From Octopus vulgaris (lineage: Eukaryota), in contig OX597816.1 of the NCBI GenBank assembly GCA_951406725.2, positions 41,912,001 through 41,976,000 of the forward strand: a DNA stretch of 64,000 nt. Direction: 5' to 3'. The position numbers were made by a program, and so were the translations under genes. The notes beneath the pieces were generated by a model. The model searched no databases, was not told where the DNA came from, and saw nothing but the letters and a program-made list of their open reading frames with translations. Positions 42,450 to 56,108 of this stretch are shown here, one piece after another. Every line of letters starts with the position of its first letter. The stretch's first letter is position 1.

Positions 42450-42860
42450 CTTTCAGGAGCTGTCAACAGTGCATAAAGCAGTCACATAAGATACTACCAG
42501 ACTAAAGTATTGATGGCAGATTACTACTGGAGATTGAAGAGAGACATTCCAGAAACTGCGCCGTAGAGATCATCATCAATAAAGAGGCCATCTAGCAGTA
42601 GTAGCATGATTAAATTTAGTAGGGAATTTTTTATCACCAAACTTAATTCTTACATGCCAATGTGCATTTTCTCTCAGAACTTTATGTTCTGATTTATTTG
42701 ACATATTGTCCATTAAAATTGCATCTATGAATGTTTAATTCTTTTTTTATGAGCAAAACTAAAAGATTTCATATCACAAAAATCTTATGTGATAGGGAAC
42801 AATCTGGTGCTTAATTACGATTTAGCACCTCGCCAAAGTTAGCAACAAAACTATTGATAA
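42450..42860 (+). mobile_element. Possible Chapaev3-like DNA transposon 3' relic
   Basis: GAV...YQ...LMADYYWRLKRD resembles the C-terminus of these transposases. The assignment is from memory only. Confidence 0.4.
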
Positions 42861-43294
42861 ACTTTATGCCAGGAAACATATGTTAACTGGTGCTATATAT
42901 CACTCTCTTCAAACCAGATATAATTACTAGTTTAATTTTTGTCAGATCAACCATGGCAGAACTTATGATAACGCAATAAAATTACATCATTTGCCATATC
43001 TGTAGCACACATCTATTTGCAAAACTGGCTCTATGTTGCGAGATTTTTTGCACGCAAAGTCCACAATCGAATTGAAGGCTCCTGGCAGGAATATGCCATC
43101 CATATTAATGAAAGAAAAGTGCACTCATAATGCTTTGTGACTTTAAAGACACATTTCATGTGACGAATTCTAGATATTGGCGATGAAATTAATTTGCGTG
43201 CCATCTCCAGAAGGCTTCCGATATCGGAGGGACTATCACTACACAGTGCACGAGGACATTTCCATAAAGTTCGTATGTAATGAACGGAGTTCAA

Positions 43295-43509
43295 TTTACT
43301 CTTTACTCTTTTACTTGTTTCAGTCATTTGACTGCGGCCATGCTGGAGCACCGCCTTTAATCGAGCAACTCTATCCCGGGACTTATTCTTTGTAAGCCCA
43401 ATACTTATTCTATCGGTCTCTTTTGCCGAACCGCTAAGTAACGGGGACATAAACACACCAGCATCGGTTGTCAAGCAATGCTAGGGGTACAAACACAGAC
43501 ACACAAACA

Positions 43510-43580
<71 letters not shown>

Positions 43581-43740
43581 CGGGCTTCTTTCAGTTTCCG
43601 TCTACCAAATCCACTCACAAAGCTTTGGTCGGCCCGGGGCTATAGTAGAAGACACTTTCCCAAGGTGCCACGCAGTGGGACTGAACCCGGAACCATGTGG
43701 TTGGTAAACAGGCTACTTACCACACAGCCACTCCTGCGCC
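43295..43740 (-). mobile_element. tRNA-derived SINE (family A), full length
   Basis: Reverse-complement homologue of 41235-41684. Confidence 0.9.
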
Positions 43741-43784
43741 TCCATTCCAAGCAGTTACTTAACAAGAGTAAACACCATTAGCAA

Positions 43785-44400
43785 TGTAGCATGCTTTGGT
43801 TCTTCTCTGATGACAAAATCTTCGATCAAGGCCAAAATTCTAACAAGAGAAATGGCAGATGGTTATGTGCAGATTATTTTGGTGTTCCCAGAGTGGCGCC
43901 ATCCAAGTTTCCATCAAGTAAGTTTCCAATCTTGGTTGTAGGATTGATGATTTGCGAAGGTGTGCCATACCATATCACATCTCTCCACTGAATCTAAGAC
44001 CAATGATGTTGGATATGTTAAGATGCTGGAGACAGTTAATAAGCTACAGATGGATAAGATACAAAGTAGAAGGACAAACGAATTAAACAAAACTCAGCAC
44101 AATCTCATAACGACAACGTAACTAGAATTTATCGTAGATAATACGATAATGTAACACAAACACTGTGGATTCCAATCTTACTAGAAATAAATCCAATGGA
44201 TTGAATTGTGTGGAGTGCTGTCGAAAGGGACAGAGATCGATATTTCCTCAATAGTTATAGGAGCTCAGATTGCTACCATTTCCAAGTGATTTTGTTAAGA
44301 ATAAATAGAATTTAGGCCAGGCATCTGAAAGATGTTGTTGTATATTCAAGCAGTCATCGAATGAGAAGATGACCTCATAAAATAATCTGATTCGAAACGT
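43785..44400 (+). mobile_element. Tc1/mariner (maT/DD37D-like) transposase relic
   Basis: WFFSDDKIFDQ..N.RN.RWL, Y.KMLETV, and W....EINPMD..VWSAVERD. Confidence 0.7.
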
Positions 44401-44599
44401 TATCGAGTACGTGTGTAAAATTGCATATTGAAATGCATTTGATTTAGTCTAGTTTTCAAATAACTTATTAACCTACCAAATATTTACCCACATACCTCAT
44501 GCTTATATATGTATATGCGTCATTGCTGCGACTGTTTGTATATGTAAAAGTGTATGTAAATGTATAAGTGTATACATGTAAATATACACAGTTTTATAT

Positions 44600-44770
44600 T
44601 TAAGAGATGAAGAATTACGTACATTATTTGCATTATTTATATTTGACGGATATCTGTCCTCATCTTGTTTGTTGTTAACACTATAATTCGGCTGATATAC
44701 TCTCCAGCATTCATCAGGTATCTTGGGGAAATTTCAAACCTGGTCCACATTCCTAAGGTATGTTTCCATG
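44600..44770 (-). mobile_element. PLE pseudo-LTR of the 5.0-kb family with a decayed HHR (44677-44722)
   Basis: TCGGCTGATATAC.CTCCAGCATTCATCAGGT.TCTTGGGG matches 5050-5092. The GAAAC box is mutated. Confidence 0.75.
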
Positions 44771-44776
44771 TTATTA

Positions 44777-44839
<63 letters not shown>

Positions 44840-44842
<3 letters not shown>

Positions 44843-45197
44843 GTTTGACTTTTGCTTTACATTTGCACAAGCTGGCTCCAAGTCTCACCTAGTGACCTCA
44901 AGAGACAACAAGTTGGAAGTTCATGTTGGTGTTATGACTAGGGTAACGTATATTCGGCTTTGTACTTAGTGTTGTACTAGTGAATGCCTAAAAAAGCATA
45001 CGGAAATTATGTTTGTTTTAAAACTTGAGATTACATAGGAAGTATTTTGCGTAGGATATGAGCAATTCCCATGAGCACTATCATTTGAATTTCTGCCTTT
45101 TTGAGTTTCCTGGTATCTGAGTTAGGTAGCAATCAGCCCCTTTTGCTATAATTCCCAGGGCACCTATGACAACAGGTATTGTTTTAGTCTTCAGGTT
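44840..45197 (-). mobile_element. R4/Dong-clade LINE 3' end inserted in (TAA)n
   Basis: NLKTKTIPVVIGALGII...IPG...EIQMIVLMGIAHILRKIL, with TTA repeats on both flanks. Confidence 0.8.
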
Positions 45198-45835
45198 ATT
45201 ATTATTATTATCATTATTATTATTATTATTATTATTGTTGTTGTTGTTGTTGTTATTATTATCATTATTATTATTATTATTGTTGTTATTATTATTATTA
45301 TTGTTGTTGTTGTTGTTGTTGTTGTTATTATTGTTATTTATTCGTGTATTCCATAATAATTGATTGTCATGTATTTTCTCTCCTGATATAAGGTAGTATA
45401 TCCTAGACGCTGCTTGTGTTTCATAGAATTATAATTTTGTACGATTTCTTTAAGATGGTGTACTCCGAAAATAATCCTATGTTGATACAATAATTTGTTT
45501 TCCTTCTTCATTTGAGACTTGTCTAAGGTTTCTGTCTGGCTGAAATATATCTGTATATATGAATAGTAGGCTGAATGTTTTGTAATACAAAATGGAACAA
45601 TACATGCTGTATTATAAATGTCGAAAGATAGCAGCAATAAAAAAACATCTTATTTTCTTTCACAATTATTTATAGGCTTAAAGGCAAATGAGGCTGACAC
45701 GTAAGATCACAATCATCCATCAATACTTCCTCTTTCTGTCTATAGTTCCCGTTAAATGACAAACACGTTATGTATATGTATGTTTATTTATGCATACATA
45801 TATAAATATAAAGGTATATGTTACACATATGTGCG

Positions 45836-46329
<494 letters not shown>

Positions 46330-46899
46330 CTATGTCATAAATATGTGGGTACATGTATATAAAGTTACAAAAAACAAACAATTTTTTTTACAGTATGAAA
46401 TATATAGAAAGTTAGAGATTACTATTTTATTCATATATTTTCACTCATTGTACTTCAGTCAGGTTGACTTGACACTCTAATGGTTTTAGTTGATTGAACA
46501 AGTCCCAGAATATATTGTAATTTTGATACCTCGCCATCTATATGTATATTGTCGGACAGTTTATCTATGGGAGTGTAAGCAATCCAATACTAGATTTCAA
46601 GGAATAAGACTCAACATCAACAATACATATACGTACGACCGCAGACAGGCACCCACGCACCCACTCACAAACATATGTACATACATGCGTACGTGGCTAT
46701 ATACATACAAAAATATTTTCTTCATATTGGCAATGGAATTCATCTTTATTCCGGCGACAACATTTCAATTGGATACATACTAGGGTCTGTAGATGCTGGT
46801 GATATTAAAGTAAGCCATTAATGTAACTCGTAATTTGTTAGTGGATGCCCTGAAGTTTTATGTTACCAGTGCTAACAATGCTAAAACAAAAACAGCTGG

Positions 46900-48315
46900 A
46901 AGCAATTTCATTTCGGCTGATATAAGAATATTCACATTTGATTTTTGAACGTGCAAAATCAGTCAGAAACAAAACCGATGGTTCAATGGCCTCAATATCT
47001 CACCTGTATCACAAAAAGAATGCTAGTAGTAACTATGCATTGATAAAACTAAATCATACGAAGGAAATGTGAAGGAAGGCAGAGTGACCCAAGAATATTA
47101 TACCAGACTTAGAAAAATATAACATTCGAGATATTCTTACAACGATACAGTATCTCACAAAGGATTTGCAGTACCTCTGTTGATTCTACCATTTGGTATA
47201 CTTAACTGATCTGTAGAGACATCCACTTCACACACCTTAAAACATGATGTCAGGATCGCATGATCCTGACATCAACTGGAAATCTCGACAGAACTAGTAA
47301 TATAAGAGGCTCTATCTACGAAGAGTCGAAGGAGAGAAAGAGATAGGGGCTTGAGATAAGTGATGACAGCATTCGAATATCGGATAATACCTCTCCAACG
47401 GCACTTGCTAAATAATTGCGACAAAACGAAATGCATTAACTTAGTATTGAAAAGTGATAATAACAATATCCACCATGGTGACAATGAGCTTCTCAAAAGC
47501 ACTCTTTCTTGATGATATCGCATAAAACTTCAAAAGAGTCAAAGACTACCTCGATATGAAACGATCAGCATACCAAAGAAAGACTATGCCTGTGTATGTT
47601 TCCCGAATACCGGACGAGTACAGTAATATCGATATGAAGCGTAGCACCTATTGGACACAGGCCCGATACATCTTATCACATTTCCAAGGCTAATGCATTT
47701 GTAATCCCAAAACAGGAGATTGCTACGAAATACCTAATACACAAAGGAAGCAGCGAAGCCATTGGGATTGTGCAAATGTAGATTATGTCTTATTCACGCG
47801 GAATACATCAGACATTGGATTATGAGCTGCCTAAGATTCAACATCATACTACCACCTAGGCGACACTTCGTTGTTGCAAAAACAATATACAATGATATTC
47901 GGAAAATAGCCTGTCCTGAAATAATTATATAAATTCCCCTTGTTATTAAATAAATACACGAACATCAACAAGGAATGCTGTTACAACATTCTAATCGAAA
48001 CATTATTCAAGTATAAGCATATCAGGCCGTATATTGTTATTTGGCACTGTCAAAAAAATGCATGTACAGATCAGCTGAATATAGTTTTGAAAACCAAAGA
48101 GAAAGAGGGTAACAAAGAACAACAGCTTCGAGACCTCCAGCCTCTACGGCCAGACTATAATTTCACATTTATATCAGTCACAATTGTTGAGTGAGCATCT
48201 GGGTTATCGAAGGTTTTCAGAAAAAGAAATCAATCAGCTAACTTCCCCATCATAATTGAAATCTTCAAGTTGAATAGCAAAATATCCCAGATTTGTTTCA
48301 AGTTTAAAATGTGAC
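46900..48315 (+). mobile_element. Highly decayed R4-like (RLE) LINE
   Basis: Fragments EYYTRLRKI, FAVPL..FGILN, RH..VAK, and HIRPYIVIW (RPDIV-like). Confidence 0.55.
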
Positions 48316-48376
48316 ATTGTTTTTGTAATCAATATCCCAATGATGGACATTATATATATACACATATATATATATA

Positions 48377-50767
48377 TAACTTAGAATAACTTAGAAAGGT
48401 TTTGGCCAGTATTGGCCTAGGCCTAACTTAATAGCACCACCTGGAGAAGTCTTTCAATTCAGGATTTGAGCAACGAGGCCCATTCGAGCAGAGAGTTATT
48501 GTTTGCGGAGACATATCCGGGTGAGGGTGGTTTGTCCGGGACTGTTTGAAGGAATTTGTCCAAAGACTTCTTGAATTTTGTGTGGTCAGTTTCTGTTTTG
48601 ACGTGTCCTGGTGTAATGTTGAAGAGAGCGGGTCCAATCGAGGTGAAATAGTTGTGCCGTATTGTCGTTATGTGATGCGATTTAGATTTTTGTTGTGGAC
48701 GGATGGCACGTGGTCCAAGCCTTGGATGTATTTTGAAGGTGATGCCAACATCATTCGGACAGTGCTGATGAAATATTTTCCACATCATATAGATAATGTA
48801 GCGTTCACGGCGTCGTTGGAGTGAATACAGTTTCAGCTTCTCTAGTCTACTCCAGTAGTCAAGGTCTGACATGCCATCTATTTTTTTTGTGATTGACCTT
48901 TGGGGAGCTTCAATTCTCATAATATTTTGTTTTGTGTAGGGAGACCACAGTGGACAGCATTATTCAAGATGGGGTCGGGCAAAATTGGAGAAGAGAAGGA
49001 TAATAGTGTGGGAATCTCTCGACTGGAAGGTTCTGAGAATCCAGGAACACATTCTGCGGGCCATGTCAACTTTGCTGCTTATATGTGTAGCCCAGCTTAT
49101 GTTGTTGTCCACTGTTACTCCCACGTCTCTGATGTTGTTGGACGCCATGAGAATTTCTCCAGAAGGAAGGGAGTATGGGAGTTTCAGAGCGTCCACCCTT
49201 CCAAAGTGGATCAGTTCGAATGTGTCTTCGTTTAGCAACATGTTGTTCTTTTCCGCCCACTGGACAACAGCCAGTAGGTCTGACTGGAGGCTTATTCGGT
49301 CATCCATGACATAGATGACCTTCTGGAGCTTGGAATCATCAGCGAAGGTTCTCATGTTACTGTGTTTGATGGTGTCAGTAATATCATTTATGTAGATGAT
49401 GAAGAGAAGTGGGCCCAAAACAGTGCGTTGTGGGACATCACTGCTGACTTTGGCTGGGCTGGATTTGACTCCTTCGACTACAACATGTTGGGTTCTGGTA
49501 GACAGGAAGCACTTGATCCACTTCAGTAGCTTTCCAGTGACACCAATATTGGACAGCCTTCTCAAAAGGATCATATGACCAACCCTGTCAAAGGCCATGC
49601 TGAAATCAAGGTAGATGACATCAGTGTTGGAACCATCTCCCAAGGCTCTCAAAATGTCATCAAAATGATGCAGTAGCTGCGTCAGGCAATCTTTTCCATT
49701 ACGGAATCCATGCTGGTTGGAGTTCAGCATATTATGACTCTCAAGGAAGTGAGTCATACGCGATCTCAGCATTCTCTCAAATACCTTAATGATATGAGAG
49801 GTGAGTGAGATTGGACGGTAATTCACGGCAAGCGATTTGTTTCCTTTTTTGAAAACTGGGACAACAGACTGGGATAGAAGGTCTTCTGGTATATATCCTG
49901 CATCCAGTGAGTTCCGCCACATATTGGCTAGAGGGGGTGCAAGTTGGTTTTGACACATCTTCAAGACACAAGCAGGGAACCTATCGGGACCTACTGCTGA
50001 ATTATGCTTCATTTCTTTTATTGCTGCTAAGACATCAGGAGCGCCAAAGGTTATGTCCGATAAAGTGTATTGGGGAGTAACATCACTGATACAGCCCAGA
50101 TCAGTCATATCAGGATTGCTGAAAACAGAGCAATATTGTTTCTGCAATATCTCTCCCATGGTTTTGGCATTGTCTTGAAGAGTACCATTTTCATCAATCA
50201 GAGGGCCAACAGTAGAACCAGTGACTCTGTGTTTTTTTGCAAATGAAAAGAACACTTTGGGATTGAGTTTGATCTTCTCAATGGCCCAGGCCTCTTCAGC
50301 TCTTCGCTGACTATTGATGATAGACATCATGTTGTTTTGGAGTTTATGTTTTTTAATCTCTAGCGACGAGATGGCAGTCAGGTTGGTGTGTTGCTGTTGA
50401 CAGTATTTCAGCTTGTTGATTTTTTTGTTAATTCTTTTAATTTTCCTGATGAGAAATTTTCTATTTCTAGGGATTCGACACTTAGATTTGTTTGCAGATC
50501 TTAATGGGATGTGTTTTGCACATATGTTCGTAATGGTGTCTACAAATGACTGCCAGGACTTTTTGGTGTTAGTGGGTGTGCATATGTGCGTGAAGGACCA
50601 ATCGACTTGTGCAAGATCATTATTGATCGCTTCCCAGTTTGCATTGTGGAAATCCATAGTGTCAAATGGATGAACAGGAGGGATGGCATTTGTTTTGCAA
50701 TTTGGCCGGTGAAATCTCAGATCACAGAGAACCATGTCATGATCAGTGAGTAGGGTTTTCCCCACTG
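48377..50767 (-). mobile_element. CR1-group LINE, 5'-truncated
   Basis: ORF2 runs from the end of the APE domain to the C-terminus. 3' tail is (TTCTAAGTTA)2. Confidence 0.9.
48459..50765 (-). pseudogene. LINE ORF2 (APE C-terminus + RT) with one in-frame stop at 48960-48962
   Basis: TDHDMV, YRPISLTS, NQHGFR, YLDFSMAFDRV, VPQRTVLGPLLF, FADDSKL, HLE*CCPLWSP, LYSLQRRRER. The two listed ORFs are in the same frame. Confidence 0.9.
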
Positions 50768-51740
50768 CAATATACTTTCAGCGAAGAAAACGTTTGCTAG
50801 TTGTTGCTTATATCTGCCATGTGTCTAAACTTGAATGGATATATTAAGAATAAAAAATGCAAATACAGGATGCTCTATGTTGTGTAAATAATATTTCTTG
50901 TCGGTTCACGGATATTAAACTTTCGCTGAAAGTTTAAATAAAGCAAGCGGCTTGGTTTCGGTTAAAAAATACGATTCCCTTAACTGACGAGACACACGTC
51001 CCAAAAACCCGTATGTTAATGGGACGAAAGTGTCGAATACAGTGTTATACTAAAAGTTAATCTTCCATAACATACACGACAGAGAACTGCATAGTCTGTG
51101 TGCGAACCAGCTTCGATGAATCTAGTAATATCTGAACAAAGAAAAGTACTTGTATTTTCCATTATTTCCACATAAACTAAAAAATGTTTCTTATGCAGGT
51201 ATGTATGCAAATATATATACACACAGACACAGGCATACACATATACACATTCACGCATACACACAGACTCATATTCAGACACATATAGATAAATTGTGCC
51301 TGTAACTACGTACTTCAGTTGCTTTCACACCTGCCAATATCTCGATTTCTGTTCTTTTGTGCGTACGTCTGTGGTCAGTTAATGCGTCTGTCGCAACACA
51401 TATCTAAAGTCGTTCCGGCAATTATCAGCTAATCAGACTTAGTAACATACTTTGTCTAGGTTTCGTAAAAGAACATTATTGTCGAAAGAAAATACTTTAC
51501 AGACAAATAAGAAACCGTAAAAATGTAGCTTACCAAATGGACGCCTCTCAAGAAATAATACATTCTCTGGAAGATTATGTGAAGCAACACGAAACAATAG
51601 TAAAATATGATCAATGCATGTGTTGTATATATCTCCATTTGAAGTGTTCAGTTTTTTTTTTCTTTCATTTATAAATATTTTCATCGAAAGAGACGTAGGC
51701 ACACACAAACAACGCATATAAAGATAAAAGACCATAAATA

Positions 51741-51793
<53 letters not shown>

Positions 51794-52102
51794 ACGAAGA
51801 GAAACCTATAAAATGCTATGATAATTTGTGAAAAACTGTTAGATTTTTTAGGATTTATTTTCTTTCAGACACTAAAAAGACAAAGGTAAAAAACAAGCGA
51901 ATAAACAGCTGAATAAAATCACTTGAACTCAAACAAAAACATGTGCTTCCTTGTCCGGTTATGTTTATATACTCTGAATAAAATATTTGGCTCAGTATGC
52001 ATGGATACACAGAAATACTGACACACGGAAGAAAAAATACCCACGAACACACACACGGGCATAAAAACATACCGACATACATACATATGTACATACATAC
52101 AT

Positions 52103-52182
<80 letters not shown>

Positions 52183-52190
52183 GTACGTAC

Positions 52191-52232
<42 letters not shown>

Positions 52233-52249
52233 ATCTATCTATCTATTTA

Positions 52250-52409
<160 letters not shown>

Positions 52410-52887
52410 CAGTGTGTCTGTGTCTCTGTTTCTCAGTTTCTCACTTGATGTTCCAATCTTCTTTCTCTTATTTTTTATTCTCAATTTTAGTTGTAAAATG
52501 GATTATCTCCAGTCGCCCTTCATGGAGAAAGTTTAGCGATTTCCTTTCATGTGGGATGAGGAAAGATATTCTTTAATGACGAAATAGCGTCATGTATTTA
52601 CCATTGATCTGTTGGTTGTTGGAACTTTCTCAGTATTATTGCGATTTCTATTTCAAAACAATTGAGAGGATATATAGAATAAACTACTATAATAACATCA
52701 GGATTGATTGTATTGGTGTAAAGCCCTTCTCTTACAATATTCCTAACTTTGCCCCTTAATCACATATATCATTTTCATTGAAAATATCTATATGATTCTT
52801 GAGACTTCTGGAATAGTTGACTTCATTGTGTTCGTCTAAATTTCACAGCTTGTATAAAAAGAAAAGTAAACGAACTATTAATTCTAT

Positions 52888-53298
52888 TTAAAAAAATCAG
52901 TGAATGTATTTCACTAGAAATATGTTTTCGGAGCGGATAGGCATCGACATCTAGCTGCTCTAGACTGATGATGAGCAATGACTCTGAAACTAGTCTCTGG
53001 TTGCTGGCTTTGCTGAGTGGATGTGCCTGTCTCCATTTTGAAAACATAAGGACACAGAAAATGCATCAAGTTCAACAGGAAACGATGTTTCCGAGGGCTA
53101 AATCACAGTAGCATTCTTCCTTTCATGGGACAGTCATATTAAGTTGACAACATACTATCACTTTATCGTGTTACTGCTGCATAAATCTCTCTGAGAGATT
53201 TCGAAATGTATTATATCTATTTTCAAAAATCAGAGAATGTATTTCACTTGAAATATATAGGTTTTCAAAGGCATATAGTCACCGACAGCTAGCAAGCC
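52888..53298 (+). mobile_element. Retrozyme-like repeat, first unit of the second locus
   Basis: Homologous to 39780-40117. AAAATCAG.GAATGTATTTCACT recurs at ~52893 and ~53226. Confidence 0.8.
52960..53000 (+). ncRNA. Minimal type I hammerhead ribozyme with canonical core
   Basis: CUAGA-CUGAUGA-UGAG-CAAUGA-CUCU-GAAAC-UA-GUC-UCUGG. Confidence 0.88.
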
Positions 53299-55249
53299 TG
53301 CGCCTTTTATAGTTTTTTGGGTCACTCATGGGTTCTGGTGGTGAGTTCCTCGACGTGAGTTCGAGTCGTTACACACTGATATTGTATGTTTTTTGTGTCT
53401 CCCCGCGCGCGTGAACCAAGATTCCTTGAATTGTTTAAATTGTTGAATTTTAGTCACTGTTTTGTTTGCATCTGTATATTCCCCGTTTACGGGAGAAGTG
53501 AAGAAAGAAAGAGAGATGGAGAATAGACAAAGTCCCGCAGCGGCAACGACCCGTGGAATAAATGCCAACACCCTGGAAGTACAGGAAATAGAAATTGACA
53601 CAAGAAAGTGGAGGGAAGGAAGCAAATTGGTAAAAAAGGAGGGAGCCAGTCTAAAGCCGACTCCTCCAGAAGAACTGTTGTCTACGACCTCGAACACGAT
53701 AGAATTAGCCCCAACATAAGAAATAGAGAAGTGTCTGGAAAAAGTTAAAAGATTGACCACATTCTATACACGTGGTAGAAAGTATGGCACAGTGTAAGTA
53801 AGGTGTGGCAACGAAGAAGATGCCATAAAACAATCCACGGACCTGTTACTGATAACAAAACGGATACTACTTCTGATATACTGTGGCAAACACGTTGCGA
53901 GATTGAGTGTTGGAAAAGTGCCCCCCGAAACCGAGGAAGAATGACCGGTGGCAGCCATACCGCACGAAATATAGGAGTAATTTTATTCAGCTGAATATAC
54001 GTCATTAATTGGTTGAAATTAGCGAAACACGACAACTTTAACACGAAATAACTTCGTAAATATAAACTTTTCTCAAAATCGCTAAGTGTAAAAGATGTGA
54101 CACATTCTACCAGTATACGAATTTTGAAAGTATTTAGTTACAAAAAATTATTTTGTAACTCTGCCGGACAAAAGGTAAAGATCCAATGGCGAAAACTGTG
54201 GATTTACCAATCGGTGAAAAACTGAAAGTAATGCAGCAGGGGAGACCCCCAAACTGTTACGGATGCGGTGAAAGAGGACACCTGAGAAGAAAATGCCCTA
54301 GAGCAGCAGTACAAATGGTGGAAGAATAGCAGAAGCAGAAAACAGAGTATGATGGGAATTTGTCGGAAGTAAAACCCAGGAAAACAGAGGGAAGAAATTC
54401 ACCGACGACAGTGGAAGTGAAGAAGTGTAAAGAAATGGAAAAAGAAACTCAACCTACGACGAGAATTGGAGAAAACTTACCAGAGAAAGTACCAGCAAAT
54501 GAATTAGAATAACAGAGTCATGCAGACCAGAAACAAGACAACCCAGAAGTACGGAAACCTAAAAACATAGACACACAGAAGAAACACTTATAATTACAGT
54601 CAAACGAACACACAGACATACAAAAACACGAATGAACAGACTTAGAAACGAACATACAAGAACACACAAAACAGCAGGAAAATACAAACAAAAAGAGACA
54701 ACATGAAAAACAAATATAAAAGGAAAATGATAGTGAGATAGGACACCCCAACGTAAAGGATTGTGAACGTGAAAGACATTGTGAGAGACAGAAGAGGTAA
54801 GTCGATACAATTTTGTAAAGACTGTATTTATTTATAATATTTATTTGAATTTTTAAGGAAAAAAAGATAAACAAGTAATTTTGCGAGTGTCGAATGAATA
54901 CGTTTCCCAATGTTTTAAAAAAATTATGTGATGTACATTTGGTTGACATTAATTTAAAAAAAAAAGGTAAAATAAGAAGTAAATCCTGTTTGAACATTTG
55001 TTTAAAAGGTGTAATTATAGAGCGAAAGCGAAAATGTAAGCCGCAGCTTCGCCTCGGAGAGTGGCTAGAGGTTGTATCATAAGTTAATAGTAAAGGAATA
55101 CACGGTTTCATTTCGCAGCGGGACGAGATGGCCAGCTCATTTGCATTGTAAATTATTCATTTCACCTTCATCCTTCATATGTTTTATATTCCCGCTTGTA
55201 TTTGTATGTCCCCTCTGTAATTAGGCCTTGTGCCTGATATAAAAGATTC
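53299..55249 (+). mobile_element. ORF1-only non-LTR (L1/Tx1-like) element A
   Basis: Decayed ORF1 from ATG 53516. Zinc knuckle GRPPNCYGCGERGHLRRKC (CX2CX4HX4C, 54255-54296). No RT seen. Flanked by AGCTAGCAAGC at 53287-53297 and 55250-55260. Confidence 0.7.
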
Positions 55250-55260
55250 AGCTAGCAAGC

Positions 55261-55760
55261 TACTTTTGTTTTTTTGAAGAAATCGAAGCGAGAATTTTTG
55301 TGCGAAGCCACCATCGTTGGGTGGTAGTGAATAATGAAAGAAAAGAAAAGTTACGCAGAAGCTGCTGGAGGTCGAGATGCTATAGACCCACGTATGCTGA
55401 AGCCGAATAGGATGGAGAGGAATAAACAGAAGATACCAAAATATTATGGCATGAAAAAAAAGGGTCAAACGAAAAAGAAATGACCCTGGAAGAGGAGGAA
55501 AAAGGAAAACGGAAAGCAGAACGGCGATATTCTGATCATTTTCAAATGAAAATAGGAGAACAGAACACACACCGCAGGAAGAGATAGAGAAAATATTGAA
55601 GGTACAAATGGATTAAGGAATAACTTTCTTTACAAGAGGGAGGAAATACGCAGCGTTGTAAATATATTCATTTTAGATTCATCCTTCATATGTTTTATTT
55701 TCCCGCATGTCTTTGTATGTCCCTTCTGTAATTCGGCATTATGCCTGTAATAAAGAATTA
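55261..55760 (+). mobile_element. Internally deleted related element B
   Basis: MKEKKSYAEAA start. TFFTRGRKY matches TFYTRGRKY in element A. The 3' ~105 bp (55656-55760) are homologous to 55146-55249. Followed by AGCTAGGAAGC. Confidence 0.7.
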
Positions 55761-56108
55761 AGCTAGGAAGCCATGCTACTCCAGACTGATGATGAGCAAT
55801 GACTCTGAAACTAGTCTCTGATTGCTGGCTTTGCTGTGTGGAGGTGCTTCTCTCCCCTTTGAAGACATAAGGACACAGGTAATGTGTCAAGTGCAACAGG
55901 AAACGGTATTTCCTAGGGCTAAATAACAGTAGCATCACATCTTTGAACAGGGCTTTATTCTCAATTCAAATTCAAACGAGTACGTGAAACTGTTAGGGAC
56001 AACCATGATCAAAATTTGATTAGATAATGTTGCTACTGAAAGGTCAAATATGACGAAACATGATTCGGCTCCTTATCACGTTAAGTTGGCAACATACAAC
56101 CACTTTAA
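55761..56108 (+). mobile_element. Retrozyme-like repeat resuming after the insertions, interrupted at 55937-56075 by a transposase fragment
   Basis: 55761-55936 matches 52960-53115 and 56076-56108 matches 53135-53165. Confidence 0.75.
55781..55821 (+). ncRNA. Minimal type I hammerhead ribozyme with canonical core
   Basis: CCAGA-CUGAUGA-UGAG-CAAUGA-CUCU-GAAAC-UA-GUC-UCUGA. Confidence 0.88.

Noticed and set aside
53299-53312. Antisense TATA box (CTATAAAAGGCG on the minus strand)
   Set aside because: A single short motif in AT-rich DNA with no other support.
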